From an uncultured Peptococcaceae bacterium (GTDB taxonomy: Bacteria > Bacillota > Dehalobacteriia > UBA4068 > UBA4997): a stretch of DNA of 64,000 nt. The position numbers were made by a program, and so were the translations under genes. Below the pieces are notes generated by a model. It saw only the letters and a list, made by a program, of their open reading frames with translations, made no database searches and had not been told where the DNA came from. The DNA lies in the NCBI GenBank assembly GCA_947625705.1, contig CANQPG010000001.1, positions 56,963 through 120,962 of the forward strand. The letters are read 5' to 3'. Positions 10,880 to 21,388 of the stretch are shown in pieces (position 1 is the first letter of the stretch; every line of letters begins with the position of its first letter).

Positions 10880-11620
10880 TCATTCCGCCAGCAGCCGCTC
10901 GGCCTGCGCCAGGCGCTCTTCCGTGCCGACGTCCAGCCACCAGCCGTAAAGCTTCTGATAGGAAAGCAGACCCGCCTGCAAAAACAGGCTGTTCAAATCG
11001 GTTATCTCCAGCTCGCCCCGGGCGGAGGGCGCCAGCTCCCGTATCAGCCCAAAGGCCGTGGGCGGATACAGATACAGCCCGATGACCGCCAGATCACTGA
11101 TAAACGACGGCGGCTTTTCCACCAGCGCGGATATCTGCTCGCCGGCCAGCACGGCCACGCCGTAATCCTCGGGGTTTGGCACGCGGACGAGGAAAATTTC
11201 TGCCTGGCTCGCGCCCTGCTCTGCCCGCGCCGCATAAGCCGCCACTGCCGCGCGGATATCCGCCTGAAACAGATTATCCACCAGCAGCAGCAGCACGTGC
11301 CGCCCCGCCGCAAAATCCTCGCAGAGCCCAAGGGCATGCGCGATACCCAGCGGTTCCTGCTGCACCACATAGGTGATATGCAGGCCAAAAGCGCGCCCGT
11401 CTGCCACGTGCGCCTCGATGATCGGGCGGTTGGACGGGTTCACCACCAACGCCACGTCGGAGAGACCCGCCGCCGCCAGCTTGGCAAGCGCATGGTCAAC
11501 CAGCGGCCGCCCCGCCGCCATAACCATCGGCTTGCCGCCCAGCTCGTTGGGATAGCCCAGACGGCTGCCCGCGCCCGCCGCCAGCACCACGCCGCAGAGC
11601 GCCCCGTTTTTCTCTTTCAT
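10880..11620 (-). CDS. sugar-phosphate nucleotidyltransferase (glucose-1-phosphate thymidylyltransferase-like)
   Basis: An N-terminal LAAGAGSRLG nucleotide-binding motif (GxGxRL). The start at MKEKNG has a GAGGAA Shine-Dalgarno. Confidence 0.6.
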   Translation of the reverse strand: MKEKNGALCGVVLAAGAGSRLGYPNELGGKPMVMAAGRPLVDHALAKLAAAGLSDVALVVNPSNRPIIEAHVADGRAFGLHITYVVQQEPLGIAHALGLCEDFAAGRHVLLLLVDNLFQADIRAAVAAYAARAEQGASQAEIFLVRVPNPEDYGVAVLAGEQISALVEKPPSFISDLAVIGLYLYPPTAFGLIRELAPSARGELEITDLNSLFLQAGLLSYQKLYGWWLDVGTEERLAQAERLLAE

Positions 11621-11829
11621 ATTTAACATTCCTCGCAAAATTCCTCTTGGCCTAAATTCTGCCCCAAGCTCATTCTCTTATGCCTATTCTAGCAAATCCG
11701 CCAGTTTTTGACAAGCCATATTTGCCGCCCGCGTTTGACAAAACCCCGAATTTCTACTATAATATACTGCGCGAGGCGCTTTCCGACAGATTCCGCGCCC
11801 CGCGCACTTTTGGCAAGAGGAGCAGTTTT

Positions 11830-12741
11830 ATGCTTTTGACAAATTGGAAAAATTTGGCGGCGGCGTTATGCCTGCTGGCGGGGCTTCTGGCGGTTATAAC
11901 ACCTGCCCCGGCGCTGGCGTTTGACACGGCGGCGGACGACGAGCTGCTGCTGCTGGTGAACGGTATCCACCGCATTGACCGCGCCTATCAGCCGGACGAT
12001 CTGGTGGACACCGCCAAAAAAGCCCCCTCCAAAAAGAGCCGTATGCTGCTGCGCGAGCCGGCGGCGGCGGCCTATACCGACATGATCGCGGCCTATCAGG
12101 CGGAAAACAAGCGCCCGCTTTATTCGCTTTCCGCTTTCCGCACCTATGCCTACCAGAGCAGGCTGTTTTCCGGTAAGGTGGCCAGCCGCCAGCGTGCCGG
12201 GCAAAACTATCTGACGGCTTACCGCAACACGCTGCAATACACGGCGCTGCCCGGCACCAGCGAACACCAAACCGGGCTGGCCATCGATATGACCACCAAC
12301 GGCGCCCTCTCCGACTCTTTCCGCGACACGACGCAGGGCAAGTGGCTGCTGGAAAACTGCTGGGATTTCGGCTTTATCCTGCGCTATGACGAGGCCAAGA
12401 CCGACCTCACCGCCATCGCCTATGAGCCGTGGCACTACCGCTACGTCGGCCTGCCCCATTCGCTGATCATTCGCGATAACGACTGGGTGCTGGAAGAATA
12501 TATTGCCGCGCTGCAGGAGCAGGGCATGCTGGAATATGCCGACCCGCAGGACACCGGGAGCGTCTGGCGTATCTATTGGACGGACGACACCGCACAGGAA
12601 TTTGCGGACGTGCAGAGCGTCTCCTCCGACAACACCGGCGGCTATATCATCACCACTAAGGTATCGCTGATCGACAGCCTGCTGAATGAGTGGAGCCTGG
12701 CGGCCTTAACTGCCGACAGTCTGCTGGTCATGCCCGTCTGA
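11830..12741 (+). CDS. D-alanyl-D-alanine carboxypeptidase, VanY/M15 family, with signal peptide
   Basis: SEHQTGLAIDM and EPWHYRYVG zinc-peptidase motifs. The start at MLLTNW has an AGAGGAG Shine-Dalgarno. The track ORF is extended upstream. Confidence 0.8.
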   Translation: MLLTNWKNLAAALCLLAGLLAVITPAPALAFDTAADDELLLLVNGIHRIDRAYQPDDLVDTAKKAPSKKSRMLLREPAAAAYTDMIAAYQAENKRPLYSLSAFRTYAYQSRLFSGKVASRQRAGQNYLTAYRNTLQYTALPGTSEHQTGLAIDMTTNGALSDSFRDTTQGKWLLENCWDFGFILRYDEAKTDLTAIAYEPWHYRYVGLPHSLIIRDNDWVLEEYIAALQEQGMLEYADPQDTGSVWRIYWTDDTAQEFADVQSVSSDNTGGYIITTKVSLIDSLLNEWSLAALTADSLLVMPV

Positions 12742-12760
12742 AAATTCATATAAACGCAGC

Positions 12761-12796
12761 AAAGCGGCGCCGGTTTTGACCGGACGCCGCTTTTTC
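12761..12796 (+). terminator. rho-independent terminator after the vanY-like gene
   Basis: GCGGCGCCGG..CCGGACGCCGC stem plus TTTTT. Confidence 0.6.
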
Positions 12797-12813
12797 ATGC
12801 CCTTTTGGCGGGT

Positions 12814-13587
12814 TTACTTGCCCTGGAATTTGGCCGGGCGCTTCTCCGCAAAGGCAGCCAAGCCCTCCTTGCAGTCCGCGCTGACCACCAATTTACCTTG
12901 CAGCTCCGCCTCGGCCGCCAGCATTTCGGCCAGGCTGTAATTTTCGCCCTCGTTCAGCAGCCGCTTGCAGCCGGAAAGAGCCAGCGGTGCGCGCTTGGCC
13001 AGGTTTTCGGCATACGCCGCCGTTTTGGCCGCCAGTTCCTCCGCCGGGTAAACCGCGTTCACAAAACCGATCTCCTTGCCCTGCTCCGCCGTCACGGGAG
13101 AAGCCTCAAACATCAGCTGCTTGGCGCGCCAGCCGCCCACCGCACGGGGCAGCAGGTAATGACCGCCGCAGTCCGGTACCAGGCCGATGTTGCTGAAGCT
13201 TTGAATGAACTTGACGCCCGCCGCCGCAAACACCAGGTCGCAGGCCAGCGCCAGGTTGAAGCCCGCGCCCGCCGCCACGCCGTTTACCATCGCAATGACC
13301 GGCTTCGGGCAGTTATAGAAAGCGGCGCTGGTTTTGCCGCAGCCCTCCACAAATTCCGCCGCGGCCTTTTCATCCGTCAGCGCTTTCAGCGAGCCCAAAT
13401 CGCCGCCCGCACAGAACGCGCGCCCCGCACCGGAGACCACCAGCACCCGCACCTCCGGGTCGGCGGCCAGCTCCTGCACCGCCGCAACGATAGCCGCCGC
13501 CAGCTCCGACGTCAGGCTGTTCAATGCCTCCGGCCGGTTCAGCGTCAGCCAGCCCACACCCTGCTTCTTTTCCGTCAATACCAACAT
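12814..13587 (-). CDS. enoyl-CoA hydratase/isomerase (crotonase) family protein
   Basis: Crotonase fold with an AFCAGGDL oxyanion-hole motif. Confidence 0.85.
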   Translation of the reverse strand: MLVLTEKKQGVGWLTLNRPEALNSLTSELAAAIVAAVQELAADPEVRVLVVSGAGRAFCAGGDLGSLKALTDEKAAAEFVEGCGKTSAAFYNCPKPVIAMVNGVAAGAGFNLALACDLVFAAAGVKFIQSFSNIGLVPDCGGHYLLPRAVGGWRAKQLMFEASPVTAEQGKEIGFVNAVYPAEELAAKTAAYAENLAKRAPLALSGCKRLLNEGENYSLAEMLAAEAELQGKLVVSADCKEGLAAFAEKRPAKFQGK

Positions 13588-13632
13588 TAAAAACCCCTCC
13601 CTTTGCTGCGGTTCGCCGCAGTATTTTAAGCT

Positions 13633-14115
13633 TTAATACATCTCGCGCTGCGCCGCACGGTATTCCGCAAACAGCCGCCGGCAGTCCTCGCCGGCAAGCG
13701 CGGTAACCGTAAGCCCCAGCGCGTTATCGCCCGCCAGATAATCGTAGATCGCCGCGTCGCGGAAGCCGATCGCCGCCGCGTCCGCCCTTGTTCCGCCGAA
13801 ATAAACCTGTTTGATATTCGCCCAGATGATGGCAGCAAGACACATCGGGCAAGGTTCGCAGGAGGCAAACAGCGTGCAGCCGGCCAGATCATGCGTGCCG
13901 AGCTTTTCGCCCGCCGCGCGTATGGCCATGACCTCGGCATGCGCCGTCGCGTCATGCCCGGAAAGAACCCGGTTATGCGCCGACGCCAGCACGTTCCCTG
14001 CCGCGTCCACCACCACCGCACCGAACGGGCCGCCCGCGCCGGCTGCCGCACCCGCCGCCGCTTCCTGCAATGCCCGCCGCATCATTTCGTCAATAAATTC
14101 CTGCGTAAAAGCCAT
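13633..14115 (-). CDS. CMP/dCMP-type nucleoside or tRNA adenosine deaminase (TadA-like)
   Basis: Zinc motifs HAE and CEPCPMC. Confidence 0.75.
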   Translation of the reverse strand: MAFTQEFIDEMMRRALQEAAAGAAAGAGGPFGAVVVDAAGNVLASAHNRVLSGHDATAHAEVMAIRAAGEKLGTHDLAGCTLFASCEPCPMCLAAIIWANIKQVYFGGTRADAAAIGFRDAAIYDYLAGDNALGLTVTALAGEDCRRLFAEYRAAQREMY

Positions 14116-14126
14116 CTTCGGTCTCC

Positions 14127-14402
14127 TTAGTCGTCCTGCTGCGCCCGCTCGGCCGCCCCGGCCTCGGCCGCCGCCGCGTCGCGTATCTCCTGAAGCAGGG
14201 CACGGATCTTCTCATGCTGTGCCGGCTCGGCGTAAACCGCGCCCCAGCCCTGCTGGCTCTGGAACAGCTCGCCGTAAGCGTTGGACTCATTCGACTGGAT
14301 CAGCGCCGGTATCCCCTCCTGCTGCAGCGCCTGCCGCAGCAAATCGGCCTCAAACGAATTATCCAGATAGGCCGCGCGCTCTTTGTTTGGGTTGACTAAC
14401 AT
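14127..14402 (-). CDS. small hypothetical protein (DUF2007-like)
   Basis: A 91-aa ORF between conserved genes, with a weak resemblance to the putative signal-transducing small-protein family. Confidence 0.35.
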   Translation of the reverse strand: MLVNPNKERAAYLDNSFEADLLRQALQQEGIPALIQSNESNAYGELFQSQQGWGAVYAEPAQHEKIRALLQEIRDAAAAEAGAAERAQQDD

Positions 14403-14414
14403 ATTGCCACCTCC

Positions 14415-14699
14415 TTAATCGTTGCCCAGCAGCCGGGGGCAGGCGTCATAAAGCGAGACTTCGCCCGCCGCCAGCCGCAGCTTTTCCTGACGTGAAAGCT
14501 GTTTGATCAATACCTCCGCCCGCCGCGCCAAATGCTCGGAGGGAAGCTGCTGCTGCCAGACCAGGCGCACCGGCAGACGCGAGCGGGTATACTTGGCGCC
14601 CCGCCCGGCGTTATGCGCGGCCGCCCGCTCCGCCGGGTTCTTGGCCAGCCCGGTGTAAAGCGTGCCGTCCGCGCACTCCAGCATATAAACAAAACGCAT
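14415..14699 (-). CDS. GIY-YIG nuclease domain protein (UPF0213 family)
   Basis: N-terminal FVYMLECADGTLYTGLAKN is a GIY-YIG motif. Confidence 0.75.
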   Translation of the reverse strand: MRFVYMLECADGTLYTGLAKNPAERAAAHNAGRGAKYTRSRLPVRLVWQQQLPSEHLARRAEVLIKQLSRQEKLRLAAGEVSLYDACPRLLGND

Positions 14700-15325
14700 T
14701 ACACACGCTCAAACATATCCGCGCCCACGCCGCAGATCGGGCAGCGGTAATCAGGCGGCAGCTCGCCCTCGTAGATATAGCCGCAGACCTTGCAGCGCCA
14801 GCGGGGCGTATCCCCCGCCGGGGCAGGCTCCGCCTTGGCAGCCGGGCGCGTTTTTTTCGCCAGATAATCGGCGTAGAGCAGCGGCTCGGCGTCGCCCGTG
14901 GGCTGCCCCTCCGCCGCCTCGATCACGAATATCGTGTGGCTGCCCACCGTCATCTGTTCGATGACCGGGCCGGCCAGCCAGCCGCAGAAGCCTGCGCCCT
15001 CGTAATAAGGCAGACCCTCCGCCGTGAACTTCGGCGGGAAAGCGGCAAATTTATCCGCCTGCCGCCCGCTTTGCAGGCCGAAATTGGCGATCAGCGCCGG
15101 GTCATAAGCCTGCGAGAGAATGGAAACCGCCAGCTTGCCGGATCGCTTCACCAGCTCGGTAGTGTAATTGTCGTTGTTCAGGCTAAGCGCCACCGTCTGC
15201 CGGGGCGCGGCGTTCACCTGCATCACAGCGTCGGCGATCTGGCCATTGATCTTGCCCGCAAACTCCGTCGTCACCACATACAGGCCGTAACTCATTTTGT
15301 GCAGCACCTTGCGGTCGTAAGTCAT
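14699..15325 (-). CDS. flavin reductase domain fused to a C-terminal rubredoxin (high-molecular-weight rubredoxin-like)
   Basis: A flavin-reductase-like N-domain plus C-terminal CKVCGYIYEGE..CPICG rubredoxin Cys pairs. The start at MTYDRK has a GGGAGGGA Shine-Dalgarno. Confidence 0.75.
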   Translation of the reverse strand: MTYDRKVLHKMSYGLYVVTTEFAGKINGQIADAVMQVNAAPRQTVALSLNNDNYTTELVKRSGKLAVSILSQAYDPALIANFGLQSGRQADKFAAFPPKFTAEGLPYYEGAGFCGWLAGPVIEQMTVGSHTIFVIEAAEGQPTGDAEPLLYADYLAKKTRPAAKAEPAPAGDTPRWRCKVCGYIYEGELPPDYRCPICGVGADMFERV

Positions 15326-15365
15326 CGCTGATCCCTCCCAGTCCTGAGTTTTCGCTAAAAGGGCG

Positions 15366-16643
15366 TTATTTATTCCCGCGCTCCAGGGCGCGGTGGCCGA
15401 TATCGCGGCGGCAGAAGCACCCCTCATAATGAATTCTATCCGCCCGCTGATAGGCGCGGTCGATCGCCTGGCGGATATCCGCGCCGCGCGCCGTCACGCC
15501 CAGCACCCGGCCGCCGTTCGCCACGATCTTCTGCCCGGCATAAGCCGTGCCGGCGTGGAAAACGTATGTGTCGGGCAGATCGTCGTCCAGCCCGCTGATC
15601 GGCTGACCCTTGGCATAATGGCCGGGGTAGCCGCCCGACGCGATCACCACGCAGACCGCCGCGTCGTCATACCATTCCAGTTGCTTTTCCGCCAACGTGC
15701 CGTCGATGACCGCCAGCATAATTTCCACCAAATCGGATTTCAGCCGCGCCAGCACCGCCTGCGTCTCCGGGTCGCCGAAGCGGGCGTTGAATTCCAGCAC
15801 CTTAACGCCGTCTGCCGTCACCATCAGCCCGGCATACAGCACGCCCTTATATAATCTCCCCTCGGCGCGGAGACCGTCAACCGCGGGCTGCAAAACCTTG
15901 TGCAGAACCTCCTCCGCCAGCGCGGGCGTATAAACCGGGGCAGGCGAATACGCGCCCATGCCGCCGGTGTTCGGCCCCTTATCGCCGTCGAAAGCACGTT
16001 TATGATCCTGCGCCGAAACCATCGGCAGCACCGTATGGCCGTCGGTGAAAGCCAGCACACTGACCTCCTCGCCCGCGAGGAATTCCTCGATGACCACCTT
16101 CGCCCCCGCCGCGCCGAACGCATTACCGGAGAGCATATCCTCCACCGCTTGCTCCGCCTCGGCCAGCGTCTCGGCCACCACAACGCCTTTGCCGGCCGCC
16201 AGCCCGTCGGCTTTTACCACAATGGGCGCGCCCTGCTTCCGCACGTAGGCCAGCGCCTGCTCCTTATCTGTAAAGCTTTGATATTTGGCCGTGGGTATGC
16301 CGTATTTTTCCATAATTTGCTTGGCCAGCTCCTTGCTGCCCTCGATCAGCGCGGCGCTTTGGCTGGGGCCGAAAATTTTGCGCCCCGCCGCCGTAAATTT
16401 ATCCACGATACCCAGCGATAGCGGCGCCTCCGGCCCCACCACCGTCAGATCGATATCCTCCGCCTGCGCAAAATCCAGCAGGCTGTCGATATCCTCCGCC
16501 GGGATATTCACGCAGTCGGCAATTTGAGCGATACCGGCGTTGCCGGGCGCGCAGTAAATTTCATCACAAAGCGGGCTCTGCGCCAGCTTCCAGACGATGG
16601 CATGCTCGCGGCCGCCGCCGCCCACCACTAAAATCTTCATCAT
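15366..16643 (-). CDS. purD: phosphoribosylamine-glycine ligase
   Basis: ATP-grasp protein with N-terminal MKILVVGGGGREHA. Confidence 0.93.
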   Translation of the reverse strand: MMKILVVGGGGREHAIVWKLAQSPLCDEIYCAPGNAGIAQIADCVNIPAEDIDSLLDFAQAEDIDLTVVGPEAPLSLGIVDKFTAAGRKIFGPSQSAALIEGSKELAKQIMEKYGIPTAKYQSFTDKEQALAYVRKQGAPIVVKADGLAAGKGVVVAETLAEAEQAVEDMLSGNAFGAAGAKVVIEEFLAGEEVSVLAFTDGHTVLPMVSAQDHKRAFDGDKGPNTGGMGAYSPAPVYTPALAEEVLHKVLQPAVDGLRAEGRLYKGVLYAGLMVTADGVKVLEFNARFGDPETQAVLARLKSDLVEIMLAVIDGTLAEKQLEWYDDAAVCVVIASGGYPGHYAKGQPISGLDDDLPDTYVFHAGTAYAGQKIVANGGRVLGVTARGADIRQAIDRAYQRADRIHYEGCFCRRDIGHRALERGNK

Positions 16644-16655
16644 CTCACCCCGCTA

Positions 16656-18203
16656 TCAATAATGGAAATGGCGCACGCCGGTGAACACCATCGCGATACC
16701 CGCTTCGTCCGCCGCCGCGATGGAATTTTCGTCATAAATCGAGCCGCCCGGCTGAATGATCGCCGAAACTCCCCGCTTGGCGCAGGCGTCCACCACATCG
16801 CGGAACGTGAAGAACGCGTCGGAGGCCAGCACCGCGCCGAAAGTGCGCTGCTCCGCCACCTTAAACGCCATTTCAATGGAGGTAATGCGGCTCATCTGCC
16901 CCGCGCCGACGCCGACCACCTGATAATCGTTGGCCAGCACCACGGCGTTGGACTTCACGTGCTTGGCCACCGTCATGGCAAAGCGCATCTGCGCCAGCTC
17001 CGCCTCGGTCGGCTGCCGCTTGCTTACCACGCGCAGCTCCTCCTCCGCCGGGGCGGTCATGTCGTTATCCTGCAATAAAATGCCGTTATGCACCTGATAG
17101 AAATTGACCCGCGGGTGCGGCGCGGCCAGCTTTTCGCCATCGCCCACCGTAAGCAGCCGCAGGTTCGGCTTGGCCTTAAAAATCTCCAGCGCTTCGGGAG
17201 TGAAACCGGGAGCGATCACCGCCTCCAGGAAGGTGGCCGTCATCTCGCGGGCAGTCGCCGCGTCCACCGGACGGTTCACCGCCACAATGCCGCCGTAGGC
17301 CGCCAGCGTATCGCCCTGATAAGCCCGGCTGTACGCCTCGGCCAAGGTATCGGCCAGCGCCAGACCGCAGGGGTTGGTATGCTTGATGATGGTGGCCGCC
17401 GGGCGGTCAAACTCGCGCACCAGCTCCAGCGCCGCGTCCAGATCAAGCGTGTTGTTATAGGAAAGCGGCTGGCCGGCCAGCTGTTTAGCCGAACCCACAC
17501 CGTCCGCGTCGTCGCCGAAGCGGGCGTAGAGCACCGCCTGCTGCTGCGCGTTTTCGCCGTAACGCAGCTCGGCCTTTTTCTCGCCCAGCAGCAGCAAATT
17601 CTGGGGGAATTTCTCCGCCGTGCCGGTGATATTTTGCAGATAGGTGGAAATGAACGTGTCATATTCCGCCGTGTGGCGGAACGCCGCCGCCGCCAGCTCC
17701 AGCCGGTATGCTTCGTCCAGCGTGCCTGCTTGCAGCCGCTCGATCACCTCGGGATATTTGGCCGGGTCGGTGACGATGGTGACATATTTGTTGTTCTTGG
17801 CCGCGGCGCGCACCATCGAGGGGCCGCCGATGTCAATATTCTCGATCGCGTCGGCCAGCGTCACGTCCGGCTTGGCCACCGTCTGGCGGAAAGGATACAA
17901 ATTGACCGCCACCAGATCCACCGGCGTGATGTTGTGCTCCTTAAGCTGCGCCAGATGATCGGGCGTGCGCATGGCCAAAATGCCGCCGTGGATATAAGGG
18001 TTCAGCGTCTTCACACGCCCGTCCAAAATCTCGGGGAAGCCGGTCACATCGCTGACGTAGGTGACGGGGATACCCGCCGCGTGAATGGCGTTATACGTGC
18101 CGCCCGTCGATACGATCTCAAAATCCAAATCCACCAGCGCCCGGGCAAATTCCAACACGCCGGTTTTATCGGAAACGCTGATGATTGCTCTTCTGGAAGC
18201 CAT
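16656..18203 (-). CDS. purH: bifunctional AICAR transformylase/IMP cyclohydrolase
   Basis: Full-length PurH. The start at MASRRAII has a GAGGAGG Shine-Dalgarno. Confidence 0.93.
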   Translation of the reverse strand: MASRRAIISVSDKTGVLEFARALVDLDFEIVSTGGTYNAIHAAGIPVTYVSDVTGFPEILDGRVKTLNPYIHGGILAMRTPDHLAQLKEHNITPVDLVAVNLYPFRQTVAKPDVTLADAIENIDIGGPSMVRAAAKNNKYVTIVTDPAKYPEVIERLQAGTLDEAYRLELAAAAFRHTAEYDTFISTYLQNITGTAEKFPQNLLLLGEKKAELRYGENAQQQAVLYARFGDDADGVGSAKQLAGQPLSYNNTLDLDAALELVREFDRPAATIIKHTNPCGLALADTLAEAYSRAYQGDTLAAYGGIVAVNRPVDAATAREMTATFLEAVIAPGFTPEALEIFKAKPNLRLLTVGDGEKLAAPHPRVNFYQVHNGILLQDNDMTAPAEEELRVVSKRQPTEAELAQMRFAMTVAKHVKSNAVVLANDYQVVGVGAGQMSRITSIEMAFKVAEQRTFGAVLASDAFFTFRDVVDACAKRGVSAIIQPGGSIYDENSIAAADEAGIAMVFTGVRHFHY

Positions 18204-18236
18204 AGTTTTTTCCTCCTCGCCCAATTTTGCTTATAT

Positions 18237-18848
18237 TTAATCGGAAATCAACACCCGCCGACCCTTAACCGTGAGCTTGCCCTCGGCCAAAAGACGCAGC
18301 GCCAGCGGGTAGATGATATGCTCCTGCTCCAAAATGCGGGCGGCCAGGGTATCGGCTTCGTCATCTTCCAGCACCGGCACCGGCGCCTGCAAGATGATGG
18401 GGCCGCTGTCCAGCCCCGCGTCCACAAAATGCACCGTGCAGCCCGATACTTTCACGCCATGCTCCCACGCCTGCCGCTGGGCGTGCAGACCGGGAAAAGC
18501 GGGCAGCAGCGCCGGGTGAATGTTCAGCACGCGCCCGGGAAAAGCGTCCAGCAGCGTCGGGGTGACAATTCTGAGATAGCCCGCCAGCGCCACGGTATCG
18601 GCGCCAGAGAGCTGCAAAAGCTTCACTATCTTCGCGTCATATTCCTCACGCGTGGCAAAGTCCTTGGGCTCCACCACCGCCGTGATAATGCCCGCTTCCT
18701 CTGCCCGCGTCAATGCGTAAGCGTCCGGTTTATCGGATATGACCAGCACGACCTCCGCCGGGAGCGTCCCCGCCCGCGCCTCGTCGATGATGGCCTGCAA
18801 ATTGCTGCCGCTGCCGCTGGCCAGCACGCCGATTTTAAGTTTCTGCAT
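18237..18848 (-). CDS. purN: phosphoribosylglycinamide formyltransferase
   Basis: A formyltransferase fold, 203 aa. Confidence 0.9.
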   Translation of the reverse strand: MQKLKIGVLASGSGSNLQAIIDEARAGTLPAEVVLVISDKPDAYALTRAEEAGIITAVVEPKDFATREEYDAKIVKLLQLSGADTVALAGYLRIVTPTLLDAFPGRVLNIHPALLPAFPGLHAQRQAWEHGVKVSGCTVHFVDAGLDSGPIILQAPVPVLEDDEADTLAARILEQEHIIYPLALRLLAEGKLTVKGRRVLISD

Positions 18849-18861
18849 AACGCCCTCCCGT

Positions 18862-19884
18862 CTATCTGATAACCACGCCGGGGGCGTCCGCCCCGCGCTG
18901 CGTCATACGCCCGATAACTCTGCCCTCCGGGCAGGCGGCCAGCACCTTATCGGCCTCGCTCTGCGGCACGATGATCACATAGCCGATACCCATGTTGAAC
19001 ACGCGGTACATCTCGGCGTCGGCAATTTCGCCGCGCGCCCGGATCAGATCGAAGATGGCCGGTCGCTCCCAGGTATTGCTGTCGATCTCAGCGCAAAGCC
19101 CCTCGTTATAGACGCGGGGCAGGTTCTCCAGCAAGCCCCCGCCGGTGATATGGCACATGCCGTGAATATCGACGCTATCCAAAAGCGGCAGAACGTCTTT
19201 TACATAAATGCGCGTGGGGGTCAGCATGGCTTCGCCGATCGTTTGGCCGAGGATATCGTCATACTCCTCCGCCGCCGCTTCGTTCGGCAGCAGCACCCGC
19301 CGCGCCAGCGAAAAACCGTTGCTGTGCAGCCCGGTGGAGGGCAGGCCGATCAGCACGTCGCCCGCCGCCACCTTGTCGCCGGTCAGAATTTTGCTTTTAT
19401 CCGCCACGCCGACGGCAAAGCCCGCGACGTCATAATCCTCGTCAGGATAGAAGCCCGGCATTTCCGCCGTTTCGCCGCCGATCAGCGAGCAGTTACTCTG
19501 CCGGCAGCCCTCGGCCACGCCTTTGACGATGGCGGCCACGCGGTCAGGGTCAAGCTTCCCCACGGCAATATAATCGAGGAAGAACAGCGGCTCTGCCCCC
19601 TGCACCAAAATGTCGTTCACGCACATGGCCACCGCGTCGATACCGATGGTGTCGTGCTTGTCCAGCAGCTGGGCAACGCGCAGCTTCGTCCCCACGCCGT
19701 CGGTGCCGGCAAGCAGCACCGGCTCGCGGTATTTCTGCACGTCCAACCGGAAAAGCCCGGCAAAGCTGCCCAAGTCAGTCAAAACCTCGGGGCGGTAAGT
19801 GCTCTGCACAAAGCCTTTCATCTTCTGCACCGCCAGATTGCCCGCGTCGATGTCCACGCCGGCGTCTTTATAGGATATTGCCAT
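18862..19884 (-). CDS. purM: phosphoribosylformylglycinamidine cyclo-ligase
   Basis: AIR synthetase family. Confidence 0.92.
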   Translation of the reverse strand: MAISYKDAGVDIDAGNLAVQKMKGFVQSTYRPEVLTDLGSFAGLFRLDVQKYREPVLLAGTDGVGTKLRVAQLLDKHDTIGIDAVAMCVNDILVQGAEPLFFLDYIAVGKLDPDRVAAIVKGVAEGCRQSNCSLIGGETAEMPGFYPDEDYDVAGFAVGVADKSKILTGDKVAAGDVLIGLPSTGLHSNGFSLARRVLLPNEAAAEEYDDILGQTIGEAMLTPTRIYVKDVLPLLDSVDIHGMCHITGGGLLENLPRVYNEGLCAEIDSNTWERPAIFDLIRARGEIADAEMYRVFNMGIGYVIIVPQSEADKVLAACPEGRVIGRMTQRGADAPGVVIR

Positions 19885-19907
19885 AGAGAGACCTCCTTTT
19901 TTGCTGT

Positions 19908-21374
19908 TTATTCGGTAATATTGAATTTGAAGCGTTCCTGATTTTTGCTGTGCTGCTTGGGCACGCTGATCGGATACTGGCCGGTGAAGCAGCCCTCGCA
20001 GTATTTATAGGGGCATTCCTTGATCATTTCCGGGAAATGCTCGGCTTTCAGATAACCGAGGCTGTCCACATTGATGTCCCGCGCGATCTCATCGAGCGTT
20101 TTTTGGTTGGCGATCAGATTGTCCGGTGTGTCCACGTCCGTCCCGAAATAGCAGCTGTATTTGAACGGCGGCGAACCGATCCGGGCATGCACCTCCACCG
20201 CGCCCGCGTCGCGCAGTATCTCCACAATACGCTTGCTCGTCGTGCCGCGCACGATGGAGTCGTCAACCATGATGACGCGCTTGCCCGCCACCGTTTCCCG
20301 CAGAGCGTTCAGCTTGATTTTGACGGAATTTTCCCGCTGCCCCTGCGTTGGCTGGATAAACGTGCGCGCGATATAGCGGTTCTTGATGAAGCCCACGCCG
20401 TAGGGGATACCCGATTCCTGCGCATAGCCCAGGGCGACGTCCAAGCCGCTGTCCGGTACGCCGACCACCACGTCGGCCTCCACCGGGTAATCCCGCGCCA
20501 GCAGCTTCCCGGCTCGCAGCCGCGCCCGGTGTACCGATACGCCCTCGATCGTGGAATCCGGACGGGCAAAATAACAATACTCAAATATGCAGATGCCGCC
20601 GGGGTGCTTATCACAATGGGTGGTAATGCTGCGGGGGCCGTTTTCGTCGATCACGACAATTTCGCCGGGGCGGATATCGCGTACAAACTCGGCGCCGATA
20701 CATTCAAGCGCGCAGGATTCGGAAGCCACCAGCCAGGCGCTGCCCATCTTGCCCAGGCAGAGCGGACGGAAGCCGTGCGGATCGCGCACTGCCAGCAGCT
20801 TGTTGCCGCAGGCCAGCGCCAGCGAATAGGCGCCTTTCAGGCGGAACATGGCAATTTCCATCGCCTCTTCCAACGTCTCGGTTTGCAGCCACTCCTCAAT
20901 GATCACGGAGGCGATGACCTCGGTATCGCTGGTGGCGGAAAACGTGACGCCCTTGCTCTCCAATTTCTGCTTCAGCTCCGGTGTGTTCACCAGATTGCCG
21001 TTATGCGCCAGCGTCAAAAGCCCCTTGAAATGCCGCAGGAATATCGGCTGGGCGTTGAAGCGATAAGGCTGGCCGGTGGTGGAATAGCGCGTGTGGCCGA
21101 TGGCGATTTGGCCGCCGCCCAGCTCCGCTAAATTCTCCTTGGTGAAAACGTCGGGCACCAGCCCCAGATCCTTGTGCAGCGAGACCGCGCCATGATCCAG
21201 CACGGCAATGCCGCAGCTTTCCTGGCCGCGGTGCTGCAAAGCGTAAAGCGCCATGTATGTTTTCTGCACCACGTTGGTTGCACCCGTCGCGTCGTATATC
21301 CCGAAGACGCCGCATTCCTCATGCAGTTCGTCGCCGGGGTGCTGCCTGTCGAAGGCCATGCAGTCCTTGCTCAT
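19908..21374 (-). CDS. purF: amidophosphoribosyltransferase
   Basis: N-terminal nucleophile CGVFGI plus a PRTase domain. Confidence 0.93.
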   Translation of the reverse strand: MSKDCMAFDRQHPGDELHEECGVFGIYDATGATNVVQKTYMALYALQHRGQESCGIAVLDHGAVSLHKDLGLVPDVFTKENLAELGGGQIAIGHTRYSTTGQPYRFNAQPIFLRHFKGLLTLAHNGNLVNTPELKQKLESKGVTFSATSDTEVIASVIIEEWLQTETLEEAMEIAMFRLKGAYSLALACGNKLLAVRDPHGFRPLCLGKMGSAWLVASESCALECIGAEFVRDIRPGEIVVIDENGPRSITTHCDKHPGGICIFEYCYFARPDSTIEGVSVHRARLRAGKLLARDYPVEADVVVGVPDSGLDVALGYAQESGIPYGVGFIKNRYIARTFIQPTQGQRENSVKIKLNALRETVAGKRVIMVDDSIVRGTTSKRIVEILRDAGAVEVHARIGSPPFKYSCYFGTDVDTPDNLIANQKTLDEIARDINVDSLGYLKAEHFPEMIKECPYKYCEGCFTGQYPISVPKQHSKNQERFKFNITE

Positions 21375-21388
21375 AAAGCCTCAACTCC

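Noticed and set aside
16662-19941. Plus-strand ORFs 17088-18869 (593 aa), 18739-19941 (400 aa) and others
   Set aside because: They are antisense to purH/purN/purM and Arg-rich. The sense strand carries well-conserved pur genes.
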